Origin: an uncultured Bacilli bacterium
GTDB lineage: Bacteria > Bacillota_I > Bacilli_A > RF39 > UBA660
NCBI GenBank assembly: GCA_944371315.1
Contig: CALVXN010000004.1
Location: 1-45,049, forward strand
Length of the DNA: 45,049 bases
Direction: 5' to 3'
A model generated the notes under the pieces. It made no database searches and had not been told where the DNA came from. It saw nothing but the letters and a program-made list of their open reading frames with translations. The position numbers and the translations under genes were made by a program. Shown piece after piece: positions 33,764 through 43,986 of this stretch; the stretch's first letter is position 1; the number at the start of each line of letters is the position of its first letter.

Positions 33764-34558
33764 ATGAATTATGAAGAAGCAATAAAGGCTTTTGAAAAAT
33801 ACTTAAATAATTATGATAAGACTAATGGAAGTATTAATTTAAAAATAATACATACTTTTGAAGTGGTTAGAAATAGTGAATTTTTAGCAAAAAAATTAAA
33901 ATTAGATGAAAAAGATATAACTTTATCAAAAATCATAGCATTACTTCATGATATAGGTAGATTTGAACAGATTAAAGCATTTGGATGTTTTAATGAAAAG
34001 AAACTTGACCATGCGGAATTTGGAGTAAAAATATTATTTGGAAACAAATTAATAAGAAACTTTGTTAAAACAGATAAATATGATGAAATTATATATAAAG
34101 CAATCGCTAATCATAACAAATTAAAAATTGAAGATAATTTAACTGAAAAAGAATTATTACACTCTAAAATAATCCGTGATGCTGATAAATTAGATATATT
34201 TAGAGTTTTATTAAATGAAAAATTAGAAAATATATATCCTAAAATATATGATGAACAAACAATAAACTATGAAAGTATTAGTCCTAAGATATATAAAGAT
34301 TTTTTAAATCATAAAAGTATAAATATAAAGAATCGAAAAAGAGTGCTTGATTATTGGTTATGTTCAATTGCTTTTATATATGATTTAAATTATAATGAAT
34401 CGTTAATATACATTAAAGAAAAAGATTATATAAATAAAATGTCTAATAAAATTGAATACAAAAATAAAATAACGAAAAAACAAATGGAAACGCTAAGATT
34501 AACAGCTATTAAATATATAGATGATAAAATTAATTTAAATGAGAAAGGACAAAAATGA
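33764..34558 (+). CDS. HD-domain phosphohydrolase
   Basis: LHDIGR...HAEFG...DADKLD match the H...HD...D metal-binding signature. Confidence 0.75.
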   Translation: MNYEEAIKAFEKYLNNYDKTNGSINLKIIHTFEVVRNSEFLAKKLKLDEKDITLSKIIALLHDIGRFEQIKAFGCFNEKKLDHAEFGVKILFGNKLIRNFVKTDKYDEIIYKAIANHNKLKIEDNLTEKELLHSKIIRDADKLDIFRVLLNEKLENIYPKIYDEQTINYESISPKIYKDFLNHKSINIKNRKRVLDYWLCSIAFIYDLNYNESLIYIKEKDYINKMSNKIEYKNKITKKQMETLRLTAIKYIDDKINLNEKGQK

Positions 34559-35084
34559 AATTTGAAAAAATTTGTAATGATAATTTAGAACAAGCATGTA
34601 AAATACAAAATGAAATTTTCCCTGATGAAGATGGACGTCAAAATTTTATTGAACAAATAAATAAAGATCCATATCGAAAAAAATGGATTATTATATAGTT
34701 TATCAAGGTGATATTCCGATTGGAGTAACTGGAATATATTCTTACCATGAATATCCTGATGATGCATGGTTAGGTTGGTTTGGAATATTAGATAAATATC
34801 GAAATAAAGGTTATGGTGGACAAGCTCTCGATAAAACAATAAAACTTGCAAAAGAAAAAGGATATAAAAATTTTAGATTATATACTGATGAGTTTGCAAA
34901 ATCTGCTCATAAACTTTATGAATCTAGAAATATGTTAAAGGAAATATATGATAATTTAGATGACAAGGATAATTTTATAGATGCAAAAATATATATTTAT
35001 TCGCTTAGTTTAGATGGAAAAACGATAGAAAAATGGAATAATAAATTACTTGGATTAAAAGAACAATCAAATAAAGAACATTAA
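34555..35084 (+). pseudogene. GNAT N-acetyltransferase split by a frameshift in an A7 run
   Basis: The N-terminal 43 codons (MKFEKICNDNLEQACKIQNEIFPDEDGRQNFIEQINKDPYRKK) start at the ATGA overlap with the HD gene and run into a stop at 34696. The body (MDYYIVYQGDIPIGV...YRNKGYGGQAL) is in the -1 frame from 34683. The junction is AAAAAAA at 34677-34683. Confidence 0.55.
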
Positions 35085-35097
35085 ATAAGGAGTAAAG

Positions 35098-35730
35098 ATG
35101 ATAAATAACATAAGTATAAATTGCCATAGTAGTATAAAAATTAATGGAGAAAAAGTAATATATGTAGATCCATATAAAATAAAAGGAATTAATAATGACG
35201 CTGATTTAATTTTTATTACACATGAACATTATGATCATTATTCAATCGAAGATATAAATAAAATTAAAAAAAGTAATACAAGATTTATAGTTCCTAAAAG
35301 TATGAAAAATAGGTTAATAATTGATAGAATAAGTGAAAATGATATTATAAGTGTTGATGTAAAAAACAAATATAATGTAGATGATATAGAATTTGAAACA
35401 ATACCAGCTTATAACATAAATAAAAGTTTTCATCCTAAAAATAATAATTGGGTTGGATATATAATTAATATAAATAATATAAAATATTACATTGCTGGTG
35501 ATACTGATATAACAGATGAAGCAATAAATGTAAAATGTGATATTGCATTTATTCCAATTGGTGGAACATATACAATGGATTATAAAGAAGCAGCAACACT
35601 TACAAATAAAATGAAACCTAAATATACAATACCAATTCATTATGGTTTAATTGTTGGAAAGTATGAAGATGCAATAAAATATTCTAATTTACTAGATAAA
35701 GAAATAGAATGTAAAATAATAATAAAATAA
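35098..35730 (+). CDS. MBL-fold metallo-hydrolase
   Basis: HxHxDH motif THEHYDHY and a later H in PIHYG. AAGGAG RBS upstream. Confidence 0.8.
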   Translation: MINNISINCHSSIKINGEKVIYVDPYKIKGINNDADLIFITHEHYDHYSIEDINKIKKSNTRFIVPKSMKNRLIIDRISENDIISVDVKNKYNVDDIEFETIPAYNINKSFHPKNNNWVGYIININNIKYYIAGDTDITDEAINVKCDIAFIPIGGTYTMDYKEAATLTNKMKPKYTIPIHYGLIVGKYEDAIKYSNLLDKEIECKIIIK

Positions 35731-35782
35731 TTTACATAAAAATTAATCAATGATAAAATCATTATAGTTAAGGAGAATAAAT

Positions 35783-36406
35783 ATGCAAGAAATAATACTA
35801 TCGATAATGGAAAGTTACGGCTATTTTGGAGTATTTGCAATGATTGCAATTGAAAATATATTTCCTCCGATACCATCAGAAGTAATCCTTCTATTTGGGG
35901 GATTTATGACTACATATACAACTTTAAATATTGTCATAATGATTATTAGTGCAACACTAGGATCCCTAATTGGAGCAATAGTCTTATATTATATAGGTAA
36001 AATATTTAATAAAGAAAGACTTAAAAAAATTGTTTCTGGAAAAATAGGTAAGGTTTTAAGATTAAAGGAAAAAGATATAGAAAAAGCAGATGAATGGTTT
36101 GATAATAAGGGAAATAAAACAGTATTTTTTTGTAGATTTGTGCCAATTGTGCGAAGTTTAATTTCCATACCAGCAGGTATGAGTGAAATGCCAATGTTTA
36201 AATTTTTAATTTATACAACATTAGGTTCAGCAATATGGAATACAGTATTAATTAGTATAGGTAATAAAGTTGGTAAAAACTGGGAATCAATATTAGGAAT
36301 ATTTGATAAATATTCACATTTAGTTGCAATATTATTAATATTATTATTTATTGGATTTATAATTTGGTTTTATGGATTTAGAAAGAAGAACAAAAGAGCA
36401 GAATAA
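35783..36406 (+). CDS. DedA family membrane protein
   Basis: YGYFGVFAMIAIENIFPPIPSEVILLFGG and FCRFVPIVRSLISIPAG are typical DedA/SNARE-associated motifs. Confidence 0.85.
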   Translation: MQEIILSIMESYGYFGVFAMIAIENIFPPIPSEVILLFGGFMTTYTTLNIVIMIISATLGSLIGAIVLYYIGKIFNKERLKKIVSGKIGKVLRLKEKDIEKADEWFDNKGNKTVFFCRFVPIVRSLISIPAGMSEMPMFKFLIYTTLGSAIWNTVLISIGNKVGKNWESILGIFDKYSHLVAILLILLFIGFIIWFYGFRKKNKRAE

Positions 36407-36459
36407 TGCTTTTTTTTATTTTATATGTTATAATTAAAAACAGTTAGAAAGGAGCAAAA

Positions 36460-36978
36460 ATGGATAAATTTATACCAGATATATATCAAAAAAGTATATA
36501 TACAATAGATTATAAAAAACTAAAAAAGAATGGAATAAAATGTTTGTTATTTGATTTAGATAACACGATCGCTCCATATAAGACATTAGAACCAGATACC
36601 AAGGTAAAAGAGTTATTTGCAAATTTAAGCAATGATTTTAAAATTATAATAATATCTAATAGTAATAAAAATAGGTTAAGACCATTTAAAGAAAAGCTAA
36701 ATGTTGATACAGCATACAGTAGTAAGAAACCATTTAAATTTAAATATAAAAAAATACTCGAAATATATAAATTTAAAATAGATGAAATTGCTTGCATTGG
36801 GGATCAACTATTAACAGACATTTTAGGAGCTAATAGAATGGGCTTTACAAGCATATTGGTAAATAGAGTAGCAAAATATGAAACTATATTTACTAGATTT
36901 AACCGTTTTTTTGAAAAATTTATTTTAAAAAAATTAGAAAAAGAACGAATTTTAGTAAGTGGTGAATACTATGATTAA
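36460..36978 (+). CDS. yqeG: YqeG-family HAD-IIIA phosphatase
   Basis: DLDNT catalytic motif, SNS and GDQLLTD. It lies immediately upstream of yqeH, as in Bacillus. Confidence 0.8.
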   Translation: MDKFIPDIYQKSIYTIDYKKLKKNGIKCLLFDLDNTIAPYKTLEPDTKVKELFANLSNDFKIIIISNSNKNRLRPFKEKLNVDTAYSSKKPFKFKYKKILEIYKFKIDEIACIGDQLLTDILGANRMGFTSILVNRVAKYETIFTRFNRFFEKFILKKLEKERILVSGEYYD

Positions 36979-37891
36979 AAAATGTATTGGTTGTGGAATA
37001 CCTTTACAAACAGAAAATGAAAATGATTTAGGATATACACCAAAATTAGAAAATGATTTATGTGCAAGATGTTTTAAATTAAAACACTATGGCAATAAAA
37101 TCGATGAAGGCAAAAATCAAAATAATACTATTTTATTAGAAAAAATAAATAAAAATAAGTGTCATGTTTTATTTATTACAGATTTTTTAAATATTAATAA
37201 TGAGGTTATTGATACATATAAAAAAATAAAAAATTCTAAAAATTTAGTAATAAATAAAAGCGATATAATACCCAAAAACATAATAGTTAGTAAATTATTA
37301 TGCAATATAAAAAAAATATATAAAATTGATGAAGATATAATTCTAAGCAGTAGTAAAAATAACAAATTAGATGATTTATATAAAATTATAAATAAACATA
37401 ATAAGATTTTATTTTGTGGTTATACAAATATGGGGAAAAGTAGTTTGATTAATAAAATAACCAAAACCAATTTAACTGTAAGTAATAAAAGAAATACTAC
37501 CCAAGAATTTATAAAAATGAGTTATGAAGATAAAACCATTATAGATGCTCCAGGTTTTATAAATAATTATATTATAGAAAAAGATATTAAAAATATAATT
37601 AGACCAATAACTTATCAAATGAAAAATAAATATTATTTAAATATAGAAGAAATTAAATTGGCTTTTAATAAAGATGTAAATTTAACAATATATATAGATA
37701 ATAACATAAGAGTAGAAAAAAGAAAAATTAAAGAAACATTAAATTATGAAGAAAAAATAAACTCAAATTGTGATATTTTAATAAAAGGAATAGGTTTTAT
37801 TAAAGTAAAAGGAGATACAAATTTTTTTATTAATATTTCAAAAGACAGATATGAAATTAGGCCTTCAATTGTAGGGGGTAACTATGAGTAA
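36971..37891 (+). CDS. yqeH: Ribosome biogenesis GTPase YqeH (circularly permuted)
   Basis: Zn-finger CIGCG...CARCFKLKHYG, then G4 NKSD before G1 GYTNMGKSS and G3 DAPG. Confidence 0.8.
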   Translation: MIKKCIGCGIPLQTENENDLGYTPKLENDLCARCFKLKHYGNKIDEGKNQNNTILLEKINKNKCHVLFITDFLNINNEVIDTYKKIKNSKNLVINKSDIIPKNIIVSKLLCNIKKIYKIDEDIILSSSKNNKLDDLYKIINKHNKILFCGYTNMGKSSLINKITKTNLTVSNKRNTTQEFIKMSYEDKTIIDAPGFINNYIIEKDIKNIIRPITYQMKNKYYLNIEEIKLAFNKDVNLTIYIDNNIRVEKRKIKETLNYEEKINSNCDILIKGIGFIKVKGDTNFFINISKDRYEIRPSIVGGNYE

Positions 37892-39638
37892 AATTAAAAT
37901 AATGAGTGAAAATCTAGCCAATAAAATAGCGGCCGGAGAAGTAGTAGAAAAATGTGCATCAGTAGTAAAAGAATTAGTAGAAAATGCAATTGATGCTAAA
38001 GCTAATAATATAAAAGTAAATTTAGAAGATGGCGGATTAAGAAAAATTGAAATAATTGATAATGGAATAGGGATGGATAAAGAAGATGCTGTTTTGGCAT
38101 TTGCAAGGCATGCGACAAGTAAAATTTATAAAGACGATGATTTATTTTTTATTGAAACATTGGGCTTTAGAGGAGAAGCCTTAGCAAGCATTGCAAGTGT
38201 AAGTGAAGTAAATTTAGAAACGTGTTCAAAAGATATTGGAACTCACGTTCATATAAAAGGTGGTAAAATGGATTTAGTTGAACCATCAAATGCTAGAATA
38301 GGAACAAGTATTTGTGTTACAAATTTATTTTATAACACACCAGCAAGATTAAAATATTTAAAAAGTGAAGCAACAGAGTTAAATAATTGTATCCAGTTTA
38401 TTGAAAAATTAGCATTATCAAAGCCAGATATAGCGTTTACGTTAACAAACAATGATAAAGTAATTGTAAAAACAAGTGGAAAAAACAATTTATTAAAAAC
38501 AATTCATGAAATATATGGTTTAACAGTATCAAGTAATATGTTAAGCATTAATAAAACTAGTGATGATTTTGAAATAAGCGGTTATGTTGGATTACCAGGA
38601 TTGCTTAAAAAAAATAGAAATCACTTTAATACAATAGTAAATGGTAGAGTTGTTAGAAATAATGATATTAATAGAGCAATAAATGATGCATATTATACAT
38701 ATAAACATGAGGGCTTTTTTCCAATAGTAGTAATTAATATAGAAACTGATCCTACATTAGTAGATGTAAATATTCATCCAACAAAGCAAGATATAAAATT
38801 AAGTAAAATAGATGAATTATGTAAAATGTTATATGAAACAATAAAAGATACATTATATAAAAATTTATTAATTCCAGATGCAATTATAGATGAAGACGAT
38901 AGCAATGAGAGTGATTCAGGATTAGTAACTAATACGAATTTAAATTATATTAAAGCAGATACAAATAATAATGAAGAAGAAACTATAGTTCAAACAGCAA
39001 TGGATTTTAGCTCAAATGATAAAGAAGAAAATATAATAAAAAATGAAGAATTTAAAGGCTTAAAATTATATCCTATTGGACAAGTCCATGGAACATATAT
39101 AATTGCTGAAAATGAAGATGGGATGTTTATATTAGATCAACATGCTGCCCATGAAAGAATTAATTATGAAATGATTAAGAAAAGATTTCAGGATGATAAA
39201 CCAACTTATACAGATATGTTAATACCATTTTCGATTGAACTTACTGCGAGTGATTTTGCGACATTTATGGAAAATAAACAAGTTTTAGAAGATTTGGGAT
39301 TTAAAATAGAAGAATTTGGAATTAATACAATAGTAATTAAAAGTCATCCGACATGGTTGACAAAAAACTTTGAAAATGATAATTTAAAAACAATAGTAGA
39401 TTTAGTTATTTTAAATCATAAAAAATTTAATAAAGATAGATTTTTAGACAGTCTTGCTAAAATGGTTTCATGCAAAATGAGTGTTAAAGCAAATGAACAT
39501 TTAAGTAAAGAGCAAATGGAACAACTATTAAATGATTTAGTAAAATGTGATAATCCATACAATTGTTGTCATGGAAGACCTTCAATAATGAAATTTACTA
39601 ACTATGAATTAGAAAAAATGTTTAAAAGGGTGATTTAA
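37884..39638 (+). CDS. mutL: DNA mismatch repair protein MutL
   Basis: LANKIAAGEVVEKCASVVKELVENAIDA, GFRGEAL, and the C-terminal endonuclease-type motif DQHAAHERI. Confidence 0.95.
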   Translation: MSKIKIMSENLANKIAAGEVVEKCASVVKELVENAIDAKANNIKVNLEDGGLRKIEIIDNGIGMDKEDAVLAFARHATSKIYKDDDLFFIETLGFRGEALASIASVSEVNLETCSKDIGTHVHIKGGKMDLVEPSNARIGTSICVTNLFYNTPARLKYLKSEATELNNCIQFIEKLALSKPDIAFTLTNNDKVIVKTSGKNNLLKTIHEIYGLTVSSNMLSINKTSDDFEISGYVGLPGLLKKNRNHFNTIVNGRVVRNNDINRAINDAYYTYKHEGFFPIVVINIETDPTLVDVNIHPTKQDIKLSKIDELCKMLYETIKDTLYKNLLIPDAIIDEDDSNESDSGLVTNTNLNYIKADTNNNEEETIVQTAMDFSSNDKEENIIKNEEFKGLKLYPIGQVHGTYIIAENEDGMFILDQHAAHERINYEMIKKRFQDDKPTYTDMLIPFSIELTASDFATFMENKQVLEDLGFKIEEFGINTIVIKSHPTWLTKNFENDNLKTIVDLVILNHKKFNKDRFLDSLAKMVSCKMSVKANEHLSKEQMEQLLNDLVKCDNPYNCCHGRPSIMKFTNYELEKMFKRVI

Positions 39639-39639
39639 G

Positions 39640-40665
39640 GTGTTACCAGAAAAAAGAAAAGAATTAATAATTTTAGGAGCATCAATAATTGGTGTTATAA
39701 TAGTAATATTATTAATGTATAATCTTGCTAAATTTATGCACAACCGTAGTGAAAAATTAGAAGCTCCCGATGATGCATATGATACATATTATAATTATTA
39801 TGGGGTAATTACTGACAAAGATGATAACTACCAATTAGTAGGAATTAATAGTGAGTATATAGAAAAAGAAATAGGATTAAGATCATTTTATCCAATAAAT
39901 AAAATGTATTATTATAATAATCATTTGCGTTTTTATTCAGATGCCATAAATGAACTTAGGTATGATAATGAAGAGGCAAAATATTATTTATATGAATTAA
40001 ATAATTTTTATAATAAAGATACAAGTGTTTATTTAACTAATGTATTTTTGATAAAATTAAATAAAAACACATTAAGTTATGAAAAATATGACGATGATGA
40101 AAACAAAATTATAAGTGAAAATGTAGAAAAAGACAATATATTAATATATGACAATAAAATATATTATATTACAAATGAAGGCGTAGAAGTATTTGATTTT
40201 GAATTGGAAAATAAAAATACATTGGTTGTTAAAAAAAGTAATACAAATATCAATTTATTACAAATGAATTTGAAATATTTAGTATATGATGTGGATGGAA
40301 CGTATTTTGTATATAATATAGAAACGGAAAAAACAATTAACATAAGCTATTATATAGAAAAAGATATTCGAAATGAATACAAATTTATAGCATTAACTAA
40401 TGATAGTTTTATATTTCAAACTACAAATAATTCTAATGATATAGTATTAAAAAAATTAAGGCTTTCAGATAATGTATTATTGAACAATTCATTTATCTTA
40501 GGCAATGAATCTATAGATAAATCAATTTATTTAAAAAATGGAATACTTTATGCAGAATTAATTGATGAAGAAGAAAATAAACGTAATGTAATTATGGATA
40601 TAGAAGGGGAAGAAATATTAAAAGAATTAAAAAATACATACATAACACTATGCAGTGTGGATTGA
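39640..40665 (+). CDS. Hypothetical membrane-anchored protein (possible beta-propeller-like ectodomain)
   Basis: GTG start with GGGTGA RBS, one N-terminal TM helix, and a Y/N-rich repetitive body. No confident family assignment. Confidence 0.5.
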   Translation: MLPEKRKELIILGASIIGVIIVILLMYNLAKFMHNRSEKLEAPDDAYDTYYNYYGVITDKDDNYQLVGINSEYIEKEIGLRSFYPINKMYYYNNHLRFYSDAINELRYDNEEAKYYLYELNNFYNKDTSVYLTNVFLIKLNKNTLSYEKYDDDENKIISENVEKDNILIYDNKIYYITNEGVEVFDFELENKNTLVVKKSNTNINLLQMNLKYLVYDVDGTYFVYNIETEKTINISYYIEKDIRNEYKFIALTNDSFIFQTTNNSNDIVLKKLRLSDNVLLNNSFILGNESIDKSIYLKNGILYAELIDEEENKRNVIMDIEGEEILKELKNTYITLCSVD

Positions 40666-40673
40666 GGTTAAAA

Positions 40674-41147
40674 ATGGAAAAAATTAATTTAAATTTATTG
40701 CCAATAGAAATTGATGATTATATAGAATTTGATGAAAATTATTATAAAAATACTGATATAAAACACATGGATAAATTTCATATAAAGGGCAAAATATTTT
40801 ATAATTTAAGTGAAGAAATAGAAATAGATTTAAATGTTGAAGGTAATATTTATCTAGATGATGCAATTACTTTAGAAGAAATAAAATATCCAATAAATAT
40901 AAAATTAAATGAAATTTTAAATGATTCTGAAGAAAATTCAAGTGAATTTTATGAAAAAAACAAAAATATACTTGATATAAATGAATTTTTATGGGAAAAT
41001 ATTGTATTGGAAGTTCCTATTAGTTTAACCAAAAAATCTGGAACTAATTTAAAAGGCAATGGCTGGGAATTAAATAAAAAGTCCAATGAGGAAGAAATCG
41101 ATCCTCGCTTAGCAAAATTGAATGAAATATTTAAAGGTGGTGAATAA
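40674..41147 (+). CDS. yceD: YceD/DUF177 family protein
   Basis: Acidic protein of about 157 aa immediately upstream of rpmF (conserved pairing). GAGG RBS precedes ATG 40674. Confidence 0.7.
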   Translation: MEKINLNLLPIEIDDYIEFDENYYKNTDIKHMDKFHIKGKIFYNLSEEIEIDLNVEGNIYLDDAITLEEIKYPINIKLNEILNDSEENSSEFYEKNKNILDINEFLWENIVLEVPISLTKKSGTNLKGNGWELNKKSNEEEIDPRLAKLNEIFKGGE

Positions 41148-41149
41148 AA

Positions 41150-41341
41150 ATGGCAGTTCCTTTTAGAAGAACAAGTAAAACTAAAAAAAGAATGCGTAGA
41201 ACTCATTTAAAGAAAACAGTAGGTGCTCTAACAACATGTCCTAAATGTGGAGCAACATTAAGACCACATAGAGCATGCACTAAATGTGGTTATTACAAAG
41301 ATACAGAAGTAATTAAAGTTGCTGATAATAATGAACAATAA
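41150..41341 (+). CDS. rpmF: 50S ribosomal protein L32 (zinc-ribbon form)
   Basis: [18 protein letters not shown]-terminus with CPKC...CTKC. Confidence 0.95.
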   Translation: MAVPFRRTSKTKKRMRRTHLKKTVGALTTCPKCGATLRPHRACTKCGYYKDTEVIKVADNNEQ

Positions 41342-41342
41342 A

Positions 41343-41368
41343 AACCGATTAATTTCGGTGTTTTTTTT
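41343..41368 (+). terminator. Rho-independent terminator after rpmF
   Basis: ACCGA / TCGGT hairpin followed by a T8 run. Confidence 0.55.
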
Positions 41369-41369
41369 A

Positions 41370-41398
41370 TTGCTTAAAAATATATTTTGTGATAAAAT
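41370..41398 (+). promoter_or_regulatory. Extended -10 sigma-A promoter
   Basis: TTGCTT (41370-41375), 17-nt spacer ending in TG-A, TAAAAT (41393-41398). Confidence 0.5.
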
Positions 41399-41422
41399 CT
41401 AAAATAGAGAGGTTGAATAAAT

Positions 41423-43210
41423 ATGTATGAAGAAAGAAATGAAGATGTATTAGTTAATTTATTTGTTGACAATGGTTTTATTATACCTAATGATCCTCAA
41501 AAAATGTTGCTTTTTTCTAAAGAATCATCAATTTTTGGTAGAGATGCACTAATAAATAAGCTAATAGAATTAAAAAAGAAAGCCAAAGCCAAAGAAAATA
41601 TAACTGGTTTTATTCCAGTTTTAATGGATCCGTTAGCTGAAATAGAAAAAATTGTTAATGAAGATGAGTTTTCTAAATTATCAGATGTTGCAGCTATTGA
41701 TAAAGTAAATGAATTGATTAAATCAGCAAAAAATATAGGCAATTTTAGAGCTTATGATGAAGCACAAAAAATAATGCTTGATCAAAGATCTTTTATGTAT
41801 GAATCTATAAAAGCATTATACGATCTACAAAATAACAAAACAGATAGTCAAGCGAAAAAAACAAAAATGACTTTAGAGATATGTGATCGAAAAGAAAAAA
41901 CAGAAAAAGAATTTTTAAAAGCTGCAGCAGCATTTAGAGAAGAAGAACAAAAACTAAATGGTTATAGTTTAGTAGAATTAAAAAATCAAGCTTTAACAAC
42001 CATTAATAATTTAGAAGATGCTATAAAAAAATTGGCTTTAACAACATCTAATAAAGAAAAAATACAAGGAATAATTACCAAAACTAGAGATGAAATTGTA
42101 TATTACGGATTAGAAGCAGTTAGAGCTCAAGCTGAATTAGATGACTTATGTAAACGTGTTGGTGTAGTTTATGATTTTAAGGAACAAAAAGAATTAACAG
42201 AATCTGACGCTAAGAAAGAAAAAGCACCGGAAAGAGTTCCAAACTTTTTTGACACTCCATCACCAACTGTAGAAACTGAACAAAAACTAACATCAGAAGC
42301 ACCAGTAAAAAGCCCAATAAGTGAAAATATAGAATTGTCGAACGATTTTTCAAAAAGATTCTTAGATGCAGCACAAAGATTAAATGAACCTGAAACTCAT
42401 TCTTTAGATCTAGCAGAAGAACCAACAAAGGTTTTAGATCCAGACGAAGTAAGAAAACATTTAAGTGATTCAATGAGAATTGAAAAAAGAATTGCTAAGT
42501 TTATGGGATTATTAAAAGCTAGAAATCCATTTACAGATTTTGAAGTTATTGATTCTTCAATGAATGATACCTATGATGCACATATAATAAGTTCAGATCC
42601 GATAGAAAATTTATTTTTACCAAATAATTATGAATTAGTAAATGGATATATTACAAATACTCATAGCGAAGAAGCACCTGTAAAATATTTGATTACAGAA
42701 AGAAAAAAAGAAGAAAATTTAACAGAAAGTGATAGCGACGTATTAGAAGAAACATCAGAAGCTCCTGAAATAAGTGAACCAGATTTATCTTTAGCTCAAC
42801 CTAGTGAATCTAAAGCTCAAAAAGAAAAAGTTACTAGAACAAGAGGGGCTATAATGGGAAAATTCCCAAAAGCATTACTTACTCATTTAGGAATTTATAA
42901 ATTATTATCAAAAATAAATAATAGAGGTAAAAACGTTGAAATTTCTGAACTAGAAGAAGCATCAGAAAAAATATCAGACAAAGTTGATGGAAGTAGTAGA
43001 GATGTTTCAAAAAATGCTACACCTCAAGAAAAATCTAGATCTGGTGTTAAAAGAGGAATAAAATTATTGGGTGGATATAAAGGAAAAAGAACTGCACGCT
43101 CAATGGCTCAAAAAGAAAAGCCTAAACAAGAAAAAATAGATAATCCAATGGAAGGATTAGAAGATTTATATGCCCAAATAGATAGCTTAACTGGAAATAA
43201 GGGGAGGTAA
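41423..43210 (+). CDS. Hypothetical 595-aa protein, helical/coiled-coil N-terminal half and Glu/Lys/Ser/Pro-rich low-complexity C-terminal half
   Basis: Long ORF with GAGAGG RBS and no recognisable catalytic motif. Confidence 0.6.
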   Translation: MYEERNEDVLVNLFVDNGFIIPNDPQKMLLFSKESSIFGRDALINKLIELKKKAKAKENITGFIPVLMDPLAEIEKIVNEDEFSKLSDVAAIDKVNELIKSAKNIGNFRAYDEAQKIMLDQRSFMYESIKALYDLQNNKTDSQAKKTKMTLEICDRKEKTEKEFLKAAAAFREEEQKLNGYSLVELKNQALTTINNLEDAIKKLALTTSNKEKIQGIITKTRDEIVYYGLEAVRAQAELDDLCKRVGVVYDFKEQKELTESDAKKEKAPERVPNFFDTPSPTVETEQKLTSEAPVKSPISENIELSNDFSKRFLDAAQRLNEPETHSLDLAEEPTKVLDPDEVRKHLSDSMRIEKRIAKFMGLLKARNPFTDFEVIDSSMNDTYDAHIISSDPIENLFLPNNYELVNGYITNTHSEEAPVKYLITERKKEENLTESDSDVLEETSEAPEISEPDLSLAQPSESKAQKEKVTRTRGAIMGKFPKALLTHLGIYKLLSKINNRGKNVEISELEEASEKISDKVDGSSRDVSKNATPQEKSRSGVKRGIKLLGGYKGKRTARSMAQKEKPKQEKIDNPMEGLEDLYAQIDSLTGNKGR

Positions 43211-43213
43211 AAA

Positions 43214-43498
43214 ATGAAGGTTGATACTGTGATTACTTTAGAAAACAATGAAAATTGTTTATTACTTGAAAAAGCTGTTTATGAAAATAACAACTATTTC
43301 TTATCGGTAATTTTAAATGAACTTGAAGAACCAAGCGAAGATTATATAATATTAAAAGAAATTGCAAATGAAGGAGAAAAATTTGTAGAAAGAGTAACAA
43401 ATGATGATTTAATTTCTGAACTTTTAAAATTATTTTCTCAAAATTTTAATAAATTGGTTGATGAATTACCAAACTTAAATGAAGAAGGTGCAATATAG
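43214..43498 (+). CDS. Small acidic protein, possibly DUF1292-like
   Basis: 94 aa, acidic, with GGGGAGG RBS. The family assignment is tentative. Confidence 0.45.
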   Translation: MKVDTVITLENNENCLLLEKAVYENNNYFLSVILNELEEPSEDYIILKEIANEGEKFVERVTNDDLISELLKLFSQNFNKLVDELPNLNEEGAI

Positions 43499-43510
43499 CA
43501 TCTTCTTTTA
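43484..43510 (+). terminator. Rho-independent terminator
   Basis: GAAGGTGC (43484-43491) pairs with GCATCTTC (43498-43505, one G-U), followed by TTTT. Confidence 0.55.
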
Positions 43511-43565
43511 ATATTTAATAGAAATTTTATAATTTATATAATATAATAAAATTGGAGTTGATATT

Positions 43566-43985
43566 ATGGATTGGATTTTTTGGTTAGTGTTAGTTATAGT
43601 ATTATCAATAATTGAAATAGCAACTGTGAACCTTTTGACGATATGGTTTGTAATTAGTGGAATTGTAGCTTTAATTTTATCTTTTTTTATAAAAGATGTT
43701 GCAATAGTATCTACTATATTCGCTTTATTAGGAATAATATTATTATTCACAACTAGACCAATATTTAGTAAATTACTAAAACCTAAGAATGAGAAAACAA
43801 ATTTTGATCGTATTATTGGAAAAGTAGGAATAGTAACTGAAGAAATAAAGCGTAATCAAATAGGAGAAGTAAAAATTGATGGAAAAAAATGGAGTGCAAT
43901 AAGTAATAAAAAAATTGAAGTAGGTAAAGAAGTCATAATTGAAGCAATTGAAGGCGTAAAATTAGTAGTAAAGGAGAGTGATTAA
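43566..43985 (+). CDS. NfeD family membrane protein
   Basis: Three N-terminal TM helices plus a C-terminal OB-like GKVGIVTEEI...GEVKIDGKKWSA...VEGVKLVV. It lies upstream of an SPFH gene. Confidence 0.8.
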   Translation: MDWIFWLVLVIVLSIIEIATVNLLTIWFVISGIVALILSFFIKDVAIVSTIFALLGIILLFTTRPIFSKLLKPKNEKTNFDRIIGKVGIVTEEIKRNQIGEVKIDGKKWSAISNKKIEVGKEVIIEAIEGVKLVVKESD

Positions 43986-43986
43986 T

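Noticed and set aside
30464-35730. The GNAT, unknown, LRR, HD, GNAT and MBL gene run, considered as a possible defence island or toxin system.
   Set aside because: There are no nuclease, helicase, ATPase, methyltransferase, TIR, SIR2 or other defence hallmarks. The enzymes look like scattered housekeeping hydrolases and acetyltransferases, all co-oriented with the surrounding core genes.
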